Notes: a model not told the origin generated them from the letters alone. A stretch of DNA of 43,838 nt from Chiloscyllium plagiosum (GCF_004010195.1 NC_057718.1:6541253-6585090); one strand, 5' to 3'. Shown: positions 11,911-23,730, numbered from the stretch's first letter. Numbers and translations: made by a program.

Positions 11911-12592
11911 GGGAGAAGACAGTGGTCTAATAGTACTATTGCTGGACTATTAATTCAGAGACCCAGATAGTGTTCTGGGGACCCAGGTTCAAATCCTGCT
12001 ACGGCAGATGGTGGAATTTGAATTCATTAGAAAACCAAAATTGAGATTCTAATAATGACCATGGAATCAAATGCTGATTGTCAGGAAATCTTCAGCTCAG
12101 TGGCTCGCACTGCTGCCTCACAGCTCCAGGGACCCAGGTGCGATCCCACCCTCAGGCAACCAGCTATGTGGACAGTCTGTTGCACATTCTTCCCCTGCCT
12201 GCATTGATATCCTCTGGGTGCTCTAGTTTCCTCTCACAGTCCAAAGATATGCAGGTTAGGGGAACTGGCCATGCTAAATTGCTCATAGTGTCCAGGGATA
12301 TACAGGCTGGATGGATTAGCCAATGCAAATGTAGGCTTAAATGGCGAGGGTGGGCTGGGTGGGTCGTTCTTCAGAGGGTTGATGTGGACTTGATGGGCTG
12401 AATGGCCTGTTTGCACACTGTAGGGATTCTATGAAAAAGCCCATCTGGTTCACTAATGCCCATGTTTACCTGGTTGGGCCTACATATGACTCCAGACCCA
12501 CAGAAATGTGGTTGACTCTTAATCCCCCTCTGGGACAGTCAGTAAAAGCTAGCCTGGCCAGTGACACCCTCATCTGTGAATGAATAAAAAAA
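11911..12592 (+). mobile_element. tRNA-derived SINE family 2, split by a V-SINE
   Basis: A-box-like GTGGTCTAATAG, B box GGTTCAAATCC, core GGCCTACATATGACTCCAGACCCACAG, tail TGAATGAATAAAAAAA. Confidence 0.8.
12094..12432 (+). mobile_element. V-SINE (HE1-like), diverged
   Basis: GCTCAGTGG...CACTGCTGCCTCACAG head, V domain, tail. Confidence 0.88.
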
Positions 12593-13325
12593 CGAGGATT
12601 CCTCTGGTGAATTATTTTATTTAGGCCCAGACCACAGGATAAAGAGCCTGTTGAAACAATACAAGGTTGAGAGGGGTATAAACAAGCTAAGGTCTGTCAG
12701 GAGGCAAGGATGGTAGAAGATGAAAGGGAGACAGAGGATATCTGGATAATTCCTACATTGAAGCCCCTCACGTCTGGCTCACTAATGCTGAGCTGCTGGG
12801 GAATTTGGCATCATGCTCAAACATCAAACTTAGATGGGGGTCAATGAGGAGACATGACAAAAAGAATGCAGGGACAGAACCCAAACCATGCACAGTGTGA
12901 AGGTAGAAGATTGATCTCCAATTACAACAACATTTTTGTAGCCTCTGTCCCAAGAAACAGGCTCAGGTAAAAGTGGAGATCCAATATGTATCAAAAAGCC
13001 ACCTGGTTCATCTCAGTCAAAGAAACTGGGCATTCCCGGTCATGTTACTGCCCTGGCCAGACTGATGGTTCAGCCAGGCTTTGTGTAGGCCACCAAATGG
13101 TTGCTGTAGCAACCAAGGCAGACTCCTCTCCAATTCCTCACCTGGAGGGTCTGGATTCACAAGGTTGGAAGTGCTACCTTTATAATCGAAATTGATGTAC
13201 AAACAGGATACCATCTGCCCTGAAGTATTGGTCTGTCACACTGAACTGCTCTTTTCAATGTCCAGATGTAGCATTCAGCCTGAAAGGTTCGCCAGCTGCT
13301 CTCCATTAGCTGATGAACCAGTAGT

Positions 13326-13533
13326 TAGAGACTAAAAAAGACTGCAGATGCTGGTCTCCAAAGTAGACAGGCAGGAGGCTGGAAGAACACAACAAGCCAA
13401 GCAGCATGAGGAGGTGGAGAAGTCAATGTTTCAGTATAATCCTTCTTCACGAATCGATGTGGGGTAAGGGGAGCTCCCCTAGCCCCACACCTAGTCCTGA
13501 AGATGGGTTATACCCAAAACATTGACTTCTCTA
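13326..13533 (-). mobile_element. Fold-back mini-PLE (family C) with perfect 15-bp TSD
   Basis: TGATGAACCAGTAGT at 13311-13325 and 13537-13551; inverted arms 13417-13473 / 13474-13531; AGTC-CTGAAGA-TGGGTTATACCC-AAAA-CATT-GACT. Confidence 0.88.
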
Positions 13534-13744
13534 ACTTGATGAACCAGTAGTAGCCTGTGTTCCTAACTGTGGTATACCTTGATGATGTACTGGTACACTG
13601 TGAAACTTTAAGGAAACACTTAGAAAAGCTGCAATTCCTTTGCAAAAGATTAAAGGCAGCTGTTTTTGAGGTAAACTCTGTGAAGAGCAACGTTAACAAA
13701 CAGTAATACTGACTCAGGGACTGGTGCAGCCTGAACAGCTGACT

Positions 13745-14050
13745 GATAGGGTAGGCAGGAAGAAATATTCCCCCTTATTTGAGACATCAATGTCCAAGGC
13801 ACATAGATTAAAGGCAGAAGGTTTAGGGGAGATGTGAAAAGCATCATTTCCACCCAGAGGGTGGTGGGAATCACTACCTGTCAGGGTGGGAGAGGCAGAA
13901 ACACTCATCCCATTGAAGAATGTACACTTGCGATAACAAAGCGTACAAGGCTGTGTGTCAAGCGCTGGAAGATAGGATTAGAATCATTAGGTGGCTGTTC
14001 TTGACTAGCACGGCTGTGATGGGTGGAAGGGCTGTAGATCTCCATGACTC
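13745..14050 (+). mobile_element. CR1 3' fragment inside the Gypsy relic
   Basis: RRFRGDVKSIISTQRVVGI remnant and tail. Confidence 0.75.
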
Positions 14051-15389
14051 AGTGACCCTGCCCGAACACCAAATTTCAGCACTTTAGCTGCTCAACATAG
14101 TGACCTGGTACAGAAGGAAAAAGGAGTAAGGTTGCTGCAGGGAATGCCAAAAACCTTTAAGAGATTGAAAGTCATCTTTCCTCATTGAACTAACGTGGCC
14201 TGCTCCAAATCCCACTCAGTGCTTCAAAGTAATGATTAATGCCTGTGACCCTGGGCTCGTTGCACCCCTGCTTCAAGTCATGTGTCTGACAAGAAAGGTC
14301 AGTGGAATATATCTCCAAAAAATGTAAATCAGCAGCAAAATAAATATTCTCCTGTGGACAAGGAAATCCTCAGCCTGGTCACAGGGAGACACTTTTTCAT
14401 TTGTAATTCATTCATGGGATGTCACTTACTAGGTCAATATTTATTGCCCATCCCTAGCTACCCAGAGGCCAATTACAATTACTGGAGTCACATGATGGCA
14501 GCTTCCTTCCCTGAGGGACATTGTCCTCATCATAACCCTGCAGAAATATTTTTTTTAAAAGACTATTTCAATGAAATTTGTTATTTTAGCTTTTACTTTG
14601 TCCAGAATTTAACTTTGTTTGACTTAATTGAGCACCAGGATGGAAACAGCACAACTGCATTCGGTAGACTTCAAGTGTGTGTGTATATATTCCTTTTTTT
14701 TAGGTTCCTTCATGATTTGTTTCCTTTTAATGGAGTGCATCTACGAGCAATTCTTCAAATGGTGGAGGTGTTAAGTGGTGTGATCCAAATATTGCCTTAT
14801 ACAGAATGTGCCACTAAATTGGTTCTCAAACCCGCACCAATCAGAGTCTATTTGCCAACCTATCAGTATAGTCCTCTCATGCAGTATATGTGTATTTTCC
14901 CCTTTAATTGAGATTCTTGTGAATTGTCCTGATCAGTGCAAGATGAAAAATGTCAATAGAATGTGTTTTTTTTCCTACAACACTCAAGTTCTATAGAATC
15001 AAACAATTGGATGTGATAGCTGTTAATGACTATTAATCAATGTCTTTGGCTCAGGAAGTGACATGGTAAAACTTATTTTCATTCCTTCAGTTATGATTGG
15101 AGATTTAAAAAATATCTAATTTTAAATATTTTTTCTTACTTTTCCTTTCTGTCAATTTTTTGTTCTTCCTCACTCTTGAATCAATGTTTATTTTTTTAAC
15201 CAGATTCAGTTTTAAAGCACCTTTCCTCTCAGTCCTGTCCCTGGTTGAGGAGACACACTATTGGGTCCATCTTCCAGCGACAATGTCCCATTACCAGCGG
15301 ACACTATGTGGGCAGAACAACCTAGAATGGAGGTTGCAGGAACGAGCCTAATGGGGCATGACCCTGAAATGGCCTAATGCAAAGTAACC

Positions 15390-15525
15390 TTTTGTGGGAT
15401 CTTGTTGTGCACAATCCTTTCGCCATCTTTCTTGACATGACAATAGAGTCTACACTTTTATAAAATACTTACTTGGCTACAAAGAATTTTAGGATTTCTG
15501 ACGTCGTGAGAGGCGCTATATAAAT
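15390..15525 (+). mobile_element. DeuSINE (SacSINE1/AmnSINE1-type) 3' tail, old
   Basis: TTTGTGGGATCTTGTTGTGCAC...GTCGTGAGAGGCGCTATATAAAT. Confidence 0.6.
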
Positions 15526-16808
15526 AGAGTCATAGCGTTATAGAGATGTACAGCATGGAAATAGACCCTTCGATTCAACCCGTCCATGCTGACCAGATAT
15601 CCCAACCCAATCTAGTCCCACCTGCCAGCACCTGGCCCATATCCCTCCAAATCCTTCCTATTCATATACCCATCCAAATGCCTCTTAAATGTTGCAATTG
15701 TACCAGCTCCACCACTTCCTCTGGCAGCTCATTCCATACACGTACCATCCTCTGCGTGAAAAAGCTGCCCCTTTAGGTCTCTTTTATATCTTTCCCCTCT
15801 CACCCTAAACCTATGCCCTCTAGTTCTGGACTCCCCGACCCTCAGATCCTCCAACCCTGGCAACATCCTTGTAAATCTTTTCTGAACCCTTTCAGGTTTC
15901 ACAACATCTTTCTGATAGGAAGGAGACAAGAATTGCACGCAAAATTCCAAGTGGCCTAACCAATGTCCTGTACAGTCGCAACATGACCTCCCAACTCCTG
16001 TACTTAATACTCTGACCAATAAAGGAAAGCGTACCAAACGCCTTCTTCACTTTCCTATCGACCTGCGACTCCACTTTCAAGGACCTATGAACTTGCACTC
16101 CAAGGTCTCTTTGTTCAACAACACTCCCTAGGACTTTACCATTAAGTGTATACGTGATGCTCAGATTTGCTTTCCCAAAATGCAGCACCTCGCATTTATC
16201 TGAATTAAACTCCATCTGCCACTTCTCAGCCCATTGGCCCATCTGGTCCAGATCCTGTTGTAATCTGAGGTAACCCTCTTCACTGCCCACTACACCTCCA
16301 ATTTTTTTGTTATCTGCAAACTTACTAACTGTACCTCTTATACTCACATACAAATCATTTATGCAAAAGACAAAAAACAGAGGACCCAGCACCTATCCTT
16401 GTGGCACTCCACTGGTCACAGGCCTCCAGTCTGAAAAACAACCCTCCACCACCACCCTGTTTTCTACCTTTCAGCCAGTTCTGTATCCAAATGGTTAATT
16501 CTCCCTGTATTCCATGAGATCTAACCTTGCTAATCAGTCTCCCATGGGGAACCTTGCCGAACGCCTTACTGAAGTCCATATAGATCACATCTACTGCTCT
16601 GCCCTCATCAATCTTTGCTACTTCTTCAAAAAACTCAATCAAGTTTGTGAGACATGATTTCCCACGCACAAAGCCATGTTGACTATCCCGAATCCGTCCT
16701 TGCCGTTCCAAATACATGTACATCCTGTCCCTCAGGAATCCCTCCAACAACTTGCCCACCACCGAGGTCAGGCTCACCGGTCTATAGTTCCCTGGCTTGT
16801 CTTTACCG
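15525..16808 (-). mobile_element. CR1 LINE RT region to 3' tail with internal deletions
   Basis: SLTSVVGKLLE, SQHGFVRGKSCLTNLIEFFEE, VDVIYMDFSKAF, LGPLFF, SKFADN (catalytic DD mutated), WQMEFNSDKCEVLHFG. Confidence 0.95.
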
Positions 16809-17586
16809 CAATCTTAACATAGCCACTTGCAATTTGATAGCAATGTTTCTGTTTCAAACACTGATAGGTATCGATTGTCATATAATAGTGAGTTCGTGCA
16901 ATGATTAATATGATGGAAAAAGCTCCCCAGCCTATTCACTGGACTAGTCAGCCAGTTTGGGCCATCAGTTAATCTTGGGACAGGGACTAATTCTACAGTT
17001 CAAGGACATCTGGTGTGTAAAAAGGAGCCAGAAAACTCTACTGCTACTGTCTGATACTAACAGACCCTGTCAGTTTAGTTAATGATAACTTTCCAACATT
17101 CATCAACAGTCAATGAACAGCGAGTTGGAAACTGTTCCTCTATCATATTTTCAGTGCATTAACTATGTTGTTACCAGGTGAACAAGAATGAATCAACTCC
17201 ACTCTTTTCAACCTCCTTGGCCCACCTCAGCACATATTTTATTTCCTTTTAACTTAGCCCCATTATAACAGTATGAAGTAGTAAGCTAAAACAATAATAC
17301 GTGTCAAGAATGCGTTGCTGGGAAAGCACAGCAGGTCAGGCAGCACCCGAGGAGAAGCCAATTTCAAGGTTTTTTTGAGTGCAACGGAGAACAGTTTATT
17401 ACTTACTCACCTTTAGTAAAATCATAAAGACATTACATTAACACAGGTACATAGTGATAAAAGAGATTGTGTCCAGTTCAAACAAGGAAGACAGGAAGAT
17501 AAAAGAATATGCAGGTTACTGTCCTCCGATCATTATGAGGTTGTTTGATTTTAACCTGAATTACGAGGTCAACGGTGCCCATAGTT

Positions 17587-17860
17587 GGGGTGGCATGGTG
17601 GCTCAGTGGTGAGCACTGCTACCTCACAGTGCCAGGGTCCTGGCTCTAATTCCAGCTTTGTGCGACTGTCCATGTGTTTATTCTCCCCGTGTCTGCGTGG
17701 GTTCCCTCCAGGTGCTCCAGTTTCCTCCCACAGTCCAAAAATGTGTAGGTTAGTTGGATTGGCCATGGGAAATACAGGGATGGGATGGGTCTGGGTGAGA
17801 TGCTCTTCGTAGGGTTGGTGTGGGCCTGATGGCCTGCCTCCACACTGTAGAGATTCTAAC
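17587..17860 (+). mobile_element. V-SINE (HE1-like)
   Basis: GGTGGCTCAGTGGTGAGCACTGC head, V domain, tail. Confidence 0.88.
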
Positions 17861-18480
17861 ATTGCCAATATTTTGCACTGTTTGCGTTTGGATGTTTCTC
17901 CAATATGCTTTGCCACTTTTCTTTGTTCTTCCTGAAAGAGCACAGAGAGAAAGAGAGAGTCTTCTCTAGTTCCAGTCATAATCCCAACTCCTCAGAAATG
18001 CCAAATCAACTGGTGAAATATAGTCTTCTTGTGTATTCCTACGTTTGGGTTTATTGTCTCTAAATTGGTTAATTGCAGGTGATTTTGCTTTCATTCAAAA
18101 TGCAAATTTTTCATAACAGTGCAAATCTTCATACCTCTTTTGACAAAAATTGAAATTTAAATCATCTAGTGTCTTGTTTTCTCATTCATTCATGAAGGTT
18201 AGCTCAACATGTCGTCAGATGATTACTGCATTTATTTTTAAATCAGTTTTGTTTGCTTCTGAAGTCTTTTCAGTCCATTTAATCCCAGGGATTAATTCCA
18301 GATGATGGGAGTTGCAAATTGATAATCCATGTTTTATCGCAATTATGACTATTGATTTTCTGCATCTGATAATGTCAAATCAATTGATTTGTAAACTCTG
18401 TTTCGAGGACTGAATTGAAACTTTGCCACCACACATTAATAAATATAGTGGATTAATAAATTGCTAATTATCAAAACTAT

Positions 18481-18699
18481 CTGCATGGATTTCCTCCGGG
18501 TGCGATGGTTTCCTTCCACAGTCCAAAAATGTGCAGGTTTGGTGAATTGGCCATGTTAAATTGCCTGTAGTGTTAGGTGCAGAGGCAAATATAGGGGAAT
18601 GGGTCTAGGTGGGTTGCTCTTCGGACGGTCGGTGTGGACTTGTTGGGCTGAACGGCCTGTTTCCACACTGTAGGGAACCTTATCTAATCTAATCTAATC
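18481..18699 (+). mobile_element. 5'-truncated V-SINE
   Basis: Starts within the V domain; ends (CTAAT)n. Confidence 0.85.
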
Positions 18700-18819
18700 A
18701 GGAAACTGGTTGAAAGTGAACACGAATACTACCTCAGTATGGTTAGAAGAAAGTATATTCAGTACTGTGTGCGTTTTATTCCTGAAGTAAAGACAGAGAG
18801 TGCTGGAGAAACCCAACAG

Positions 18820-19268
18820 GAATGGAGGGTTTGAGTTATAGAAACAGACTGGATAGACTGGGACTTTTTTCACTCGAGCGTAGGAGGTTGAGGGATGACC
18901 TTATAGAGGTTTATTACATCATGGCGGGCATGGATAAGGTGAATAGCAAGGGTCCTTTCCCGAGGGAGACAGGGGATTTCACAACTAGAGGGCATACTTT
19001 GAAGGTGAGAGGAGGAAGTTTTAAAAAAGGACATGAAGGGTAACTTTTTCACCCAGAGCGTGATCCGTGTGTGGAATGAACTGCCAGAAGAAGTAAAGGA
19101 TGCAGGTATAGTTACAACATTTAAGAAATATTTGGATAAGTACATGAATAAGAAAGGGTTGGAAGGATATGGGCCAAATGCGGGCAAGTGGGAATGGTTT
19201 GGTTTGGGAACATGGTCAATATGGATGGGTTGGACTGAAAGATCTGTTTCTATGCAGTCTGACTGACT
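18820..19268 (+). mobile_element. CR1 3' fragment inserted into a decayed family B mini-PLE (~18787-18819 and 19270-19450)
   Basis: MEGLSYRNRLDRLGLFSLERRRLRDDLIEVY; FFTQSVIRVWNELPEEV; flanks join as GCTGGAGAAACCCAACAG|ATCTGGCAGCATC. Confidence 0.88.
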
Positions 19269-19922
19269 CCACATCTGGCAGCATCTCTGGAGTGAGAAAC
19301 AGAGTTAATATTTTGAGTCAAAAGATTCTTTGGCACTCTATTGCTTTTTCTTTGCCTCCTATCGATAAAACAGATTACCTTTACCTATCAACCAATCCTA
19401 TACAACACATTTGTAATATCTACTCTGTTTTCCAAAATCCTGCCGAACTGCCCTGTATTGCAATTCTACTCAGCAGCTCAGTCATTTCATATACAGCCTG
19501 GGACTCCTCCATATTTCTCTTGCATGAAAAAGTACCTGGAGTGTGTTATTACAAATTAAATTATTTGACCTCTGGTGGAAGGATGTTTCAATCCTGTGTG
19601 CAGGTTAGTTGGCAAATGTTTTACAGTGGAACACCACATGGCGAATTCTTAAGTGATCAGACATCCAGGTCTCCATTTACCCCCTGAGACTCCAAATAAA
19701 TGCAGGAAGCTTGTAGGCGGACTCAAATCCCATCTATATTCTCAACTAGCAGCCTTGCCCTGTCAGCTATCTCTTGACCATTGCTTCCTCACCACAACCT
19801 GTGAATCGTCAGCAGTCACTGAATGCACAGAGCTGGAAGCAAGAGGTCAAGGGAGCTTGGTTTTGAATCAATGAATCCTCTAGGAACTAAACCTAGTGAC
19901 CCCAGCAGATTGAAGGCTTGGT

Positions 19923-20528
19923 TATTATTTTGTTCACAGGAACATCTGGCTGGGCAGGCATTTTGCCCAGAGGGCAATTAAGAGTCAACTACATTGCTGT
20001 GAGTCTGGGGTCTGGGGTCTTAGTTCCTACCTTTTTTGTTAATGACAATCAGCAGTAGCTATAGCGTCACTGCTAGGCTAGCTTGTAATTCCAATTGTTT
20101 ATTGAATTTAAATTTCTGCTGCAGTGTGATTCAAATCCATGTCTAAAGCATAATCATAGAATCCTGATAGTACAGAAGGAGGCCATTTGGCCCTGCAAAA
20201 ACCACCCAAACCTGCATCCCCACCCCCCCAACCTCATCTGGGCCTAGACGCCTAGTCTGCACATCCCTGGAAAATACAGAGCAATTTTATTTTAGGCACG
20301 GCCAGCCCACCTAACCTGCACATCTTTGGACTGTGGGAGGAAACCAGAGCACCCAGAGGAAACCCACAGAGACACGGGGAGAATGTGCAAACTGCACACA
20401 GTCACCTGAGGCTAGAATCAAAACTGGGTCCCTGGCACTGTGAGGCAGTAGTGCTAACCACTGAGCCACCATGCCATTAACCTGGGATCTCTGGTCTGGT
20501 AATATTACCACTACACCAGCATCTCCCC
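19923..20528 (-). mobile_element. SINE family 2, split by a V-SINE
   Basis: AGAGGGCAATTAAGAGTCAACTACATTGCTGTGAGTCTGG is the RC of the family core; head resumes at 20477-20528. Confidence 0.65.
20152..20476 (-). mobile_element. V-SINE (HE1-like)
   Basis: RC head GGCATGGTGGCTCAGTGGTTAGCAC and V domain. Confidence 0.9.
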
Positions 20529-20756
20529 ACACAGAGAAACAGAGAAGTCAATCCAAAGAAAGACCACATCTGCTGAACCTGGAGAGTTTGGGTGAGAGGC
20601 AGCTGCTTTGAAACAATTGTCACTATATTTTACCTTGTGCCCCTCAGTCAGGCCTGAATAAAGGAGAGTGAAGGTTCAGGAAGCAGTCCTCAAAGTAGGC
20701 AAGAAAGGAGCAACTGGTAAATCTGATTAAGTCTTACTAATCAGCTAATATTTGTC

Positions 20757-21008
20757 GTACAAAGTTAAAAATCACACAACACCAGGTTATAGTCCAACAG
20801 GTTTATTTGGAAGCACTAGCTTTCAGAGTGCTGTTCCTTCATCAGGTGGTTGTAGAGAATATGTATAGCTTACAGTCCACAACCACCTGACGAAGGAGCA
20901 GTCCTCTGAAAGCTAGTGCTTCCAATTAAACCTGTTGGACTATAATCTGGTGTTGTGTGATTTTTAACTTTGTACACACCAGTCCAACACCGGCATCTCC
21001 AAATCATG
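20757..21008 (+). mobile_element. Fold-back mini-element (putative PLE family D) with two opposed hammerheads
   Basis: 97-nt inverted arms 20757-20853 / 20879-20975, plus unpaired tail ACACCAGTCCAACACCGGCATCTCCAAATCATG. Confidence 0.85.
20884..20918 (+). ncRNA. Minimal type I hammerhead ribozyme motif (family D)
   Basis: Stem I CAC/GTG, CTGACGA 20887-20893, A, stem II GGAG/CTCT, GAAA 20908-20911, palindromic AGCT, CUA triplet. Confidence 0.75.
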
Positions 21009-21194
21009 TTTGTTGTGGTTCAGAACAAATCAGTGTGCTCCAGTCAGCAATAGGCATCTATGTCAATGATATTTTAAGAAGCCCAGGGGTTAAGGCAGAA
21101 AGCAGTGTGTGTGGAGAGATTGAAGACTTCACATCATACTTTGAGTTTCACATGAAAGTTTTAATAGACCAGAAAAGATATTTGTTCAGCTATG

Positions 21195-21320
21195 TATCAA
21201 ATTGGCTGCTGTGTTTCCTACAATACCATCAAGCTACACTTCAAAAGTACTTTCATTGGTTGTAAAGCACACTGGGAAACCCTGAGGTCATGAAAGGCAC
21301 TATATAAACTCAAGAGCTTC
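21195..21320 (+). mobile_element. DeuSINE (SacSINE1-type) 3' part
   Basis: CAAATTGGCTGCTGTGTTTCCTACA...CATTGGTTGTAAAGCAC...CCTGAGGTCATGAAAGGCACTATATAAA; weaker copy at ~22090-22215. Confidence 0.65.
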
Positions 21321-23218
21321 CAAAATGATGGGCCAAATGAACTCCTCCCATGCTGTAAGTTTCCGTGAGGACCTTGTTTTGTTATTTTGCAATGTTTTGA
21401 TATCCAACCTTGTCAGAAGAGTGGACAATAGCACATCTTACGAACAAAAGCGTGTGGCCAAAGTCTGAAGAAGCTACTTCCTGCACTGTCTGGATTCTTG
21501 AAAGTTCCTTTGGCAGCAGCAAGATAACCCAACAATGTTTCAGGCACAAGCAGGGTCTTAGGACAGAGCTTTGATTACAGGAGGGAGAGAGAGAGATACA
21601 AAGTCGGGCCTGGTAGAGTCTCAAAGCCTGGCTCAGGTTAAGGATAAAAGCTCAGGACTGGGTTCCATCTCATCGTGTGATGTGGTGAACTGAACTGGAC
21701 ACTGCATGCCCCGGGATTGGAGAGTGGGGCAGGTAGGTGACAGTAGAGAGAGATCACCCTGCTGTGGAGGCAGCCAATATCGTGCCATCTTTCCAATCTT
21801 GCTTAGAGAAACCTGTGACCATTCAGGTGATTGCAAGAGAATTTGAGGGAGGCTCAGAGCTCAGGAGAGTTTTCACTGCAGGACCAAACTGCTCTTTACA
21901 CCTTTCCAGGGTTTACTTTCCATCACTGAATCCAGGAGTCTATTCTGAGTGTTGAAAACTCTTTCTGTGAAAACTCTTCCTGATAGCATTCCAAAATTTG
22001 GATTTTAGCAGTTTCAGTGTGCTTGTTTTACTTGTGCCACTTAATTTAAAGAAACAGTTCCAGATTTTTTTTTTTACGTCTCATTCCTATGCACCAATTA
22101 TGTTTCCCCATAATGAAGCAGTGCGTACCTCTCAATAATGTCTTACTGCCTGTAAAGGGGTTTGCGACACCCCAAGGAGATGAAAGAGACTCGATAAATG
22201 CAGTTTCTTTCTTTCTCAGTCGCCATTTTTAAAAAGGGCGCAGTGCTACTGCACTTCGAAATTTCCACCTTTCATTCCTGGCAATCTCGCCTGTCCAACA
22301 AATCCCAGCTAATGTTGACTTATAGCTTTTAAACAATGTTACTCTCAGATTGAATGAATAAGTGCTACTTGTTATTGCCAACTCCGGTCTCGCATTAAGT
22401 ACTGTTAGGCAGTCACAGCACAGCGAAAGATTGCCTGTAATTCAGAGCGTTCTGTCACAAAGTTGGCAGACTCACTCAGAAAGACCTTTGTGGGAAGTGA
22501 GGACCCATTAAACTGCCACGTGCTGCCCTCACTGGGGGTCAGCCTGGAAATGGACAATGAAACACCCCACATCAATCAGTGGCTGTACAGAAATAGACTT
22601 ATTATAATGCACACTTTACACTTCACCCGAGAATACTGGATGCCCATACATATGATTGAAGCCACTCAAATCAAGACAAATTAAAACATAATGTGAGCAA
22701 GACTCTGCGCTTCTGTTCACCATCGCTCATTTACATGGAGTCAATGCACATTGCGGCTACTGTTACCCTGATCAGGGATGTTATTACCCACCGCTGGTCA
22801 GGGGGTATGAACTGAAACCTCCTGGCTAAAAGACATAGGCATTACCACCCTATCATAAGACACCTACAATGTGTTTTATGCGGAAATCATCACAGGTATG
22901 GGCTTTGTTTTTATCTGATAGGAAAGAAAGGAGCGAGATGTAAGCGAATTCTGAAGGAAACATTGCATTCAAGTGGGAAATGAATGTCTATCAGACCAAA
23001 GATATGTGGACACTGTCTGGTGTCTCTCAGTCCCCTCTGTCTCAGGGAGATATCTGTACAAAAAATAAATGTCTGGTGAAAACAGATCTACTCCACCTGT
23101 TACATAGAAATGATCTCAATCTTGCTGGGCAGAAGACAATTTCAGTTTATTTTTTCATTCATTGACAGGACATTAGTAAGGACGCATTTGAAATGCTGCA
23201 TTCTATTCTGTTCTCTCT

Positions 23219-23730
23219 GCTATAGGAAAGGTGTTGTTAAGCTTGAAAGGTACAGAATAGATTCATAAGGATGTTGCCAGGGTTGGAGGGTTTGAGCTAT
23301 GGGGAAAGGCTGAACAGGCTGGGGCTGTTTTCCCTGGTGCATCAGAGGCTGAGAGATGACTTTGTAGAGGTTTATAAAATCAGGAGGGGCGTGGATATGG
23401 TGAATAGCCAAGGTCTTTTCCCCAGCGTGAGGGGTCCAGAACTAGAGGACATAGGCTTAAGGTGAGAGGGGAAAGATATAAAAGGGATCTAACGGGCAAC
23501 TTTTTCACACAGAGGGTGGTGTGTGTATGTGAAATGAGCTACCAGAGGATGTGGTGGAGGTTAGTACAATTACAACATGTAAAAGGCATCTGAGTAGGTG
23601 TATGAATAGGAAGGGTTTAGAAGGATAAGGGCCAAAGACTGGAAAATGGATCTAGATTAATTTGGGATATCTGGTCGGCATGGACGAGTTGGGTCAAACG
23701 GCTTGTTTCTGTGCTGTACATCTCTATGAC
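23219..23730 (+). mobile_element. CR1 3' fragment
   Basis: MLPGLEGLSYGERLNRLGLFSL...; tail ...GCTGTACATCTCTATGAC. Confidence 0.92.

Larger units (their letters stand above)
11518..14385 (+). mobile_element. Ancient Ty3/Gypsy relic with IN-RT-RH order (Gmr1-like), fragmented by later insertions
   Basis: PPHKPADEEWTVVHQVLV (~11537-11590) and EVLRIAH (~11733); KKQAQVKVEIQY...NWAFPVMLLP; DGSARLCV...TKADSSPIP; VYLDDVLV (13573-13596); FKVMINACDPG and QQNKYSPVDKEILSLV (RNase H). Confidence 0.75.

Noticed and set aside
14282..14911. 209-aa ORF
   Set aside because: Only the N-terminal part is recognisable, as decayed Gypsy RNase H; the rest has no coherent homology
20757..20975. MITE/DNA transposon or bona fide pre-miRNA
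   Set aside because: Arm lengths and centres vary between copies, one arm has an extra tail, and the arms contain a hammerhead; this fits PLE-type inversion better
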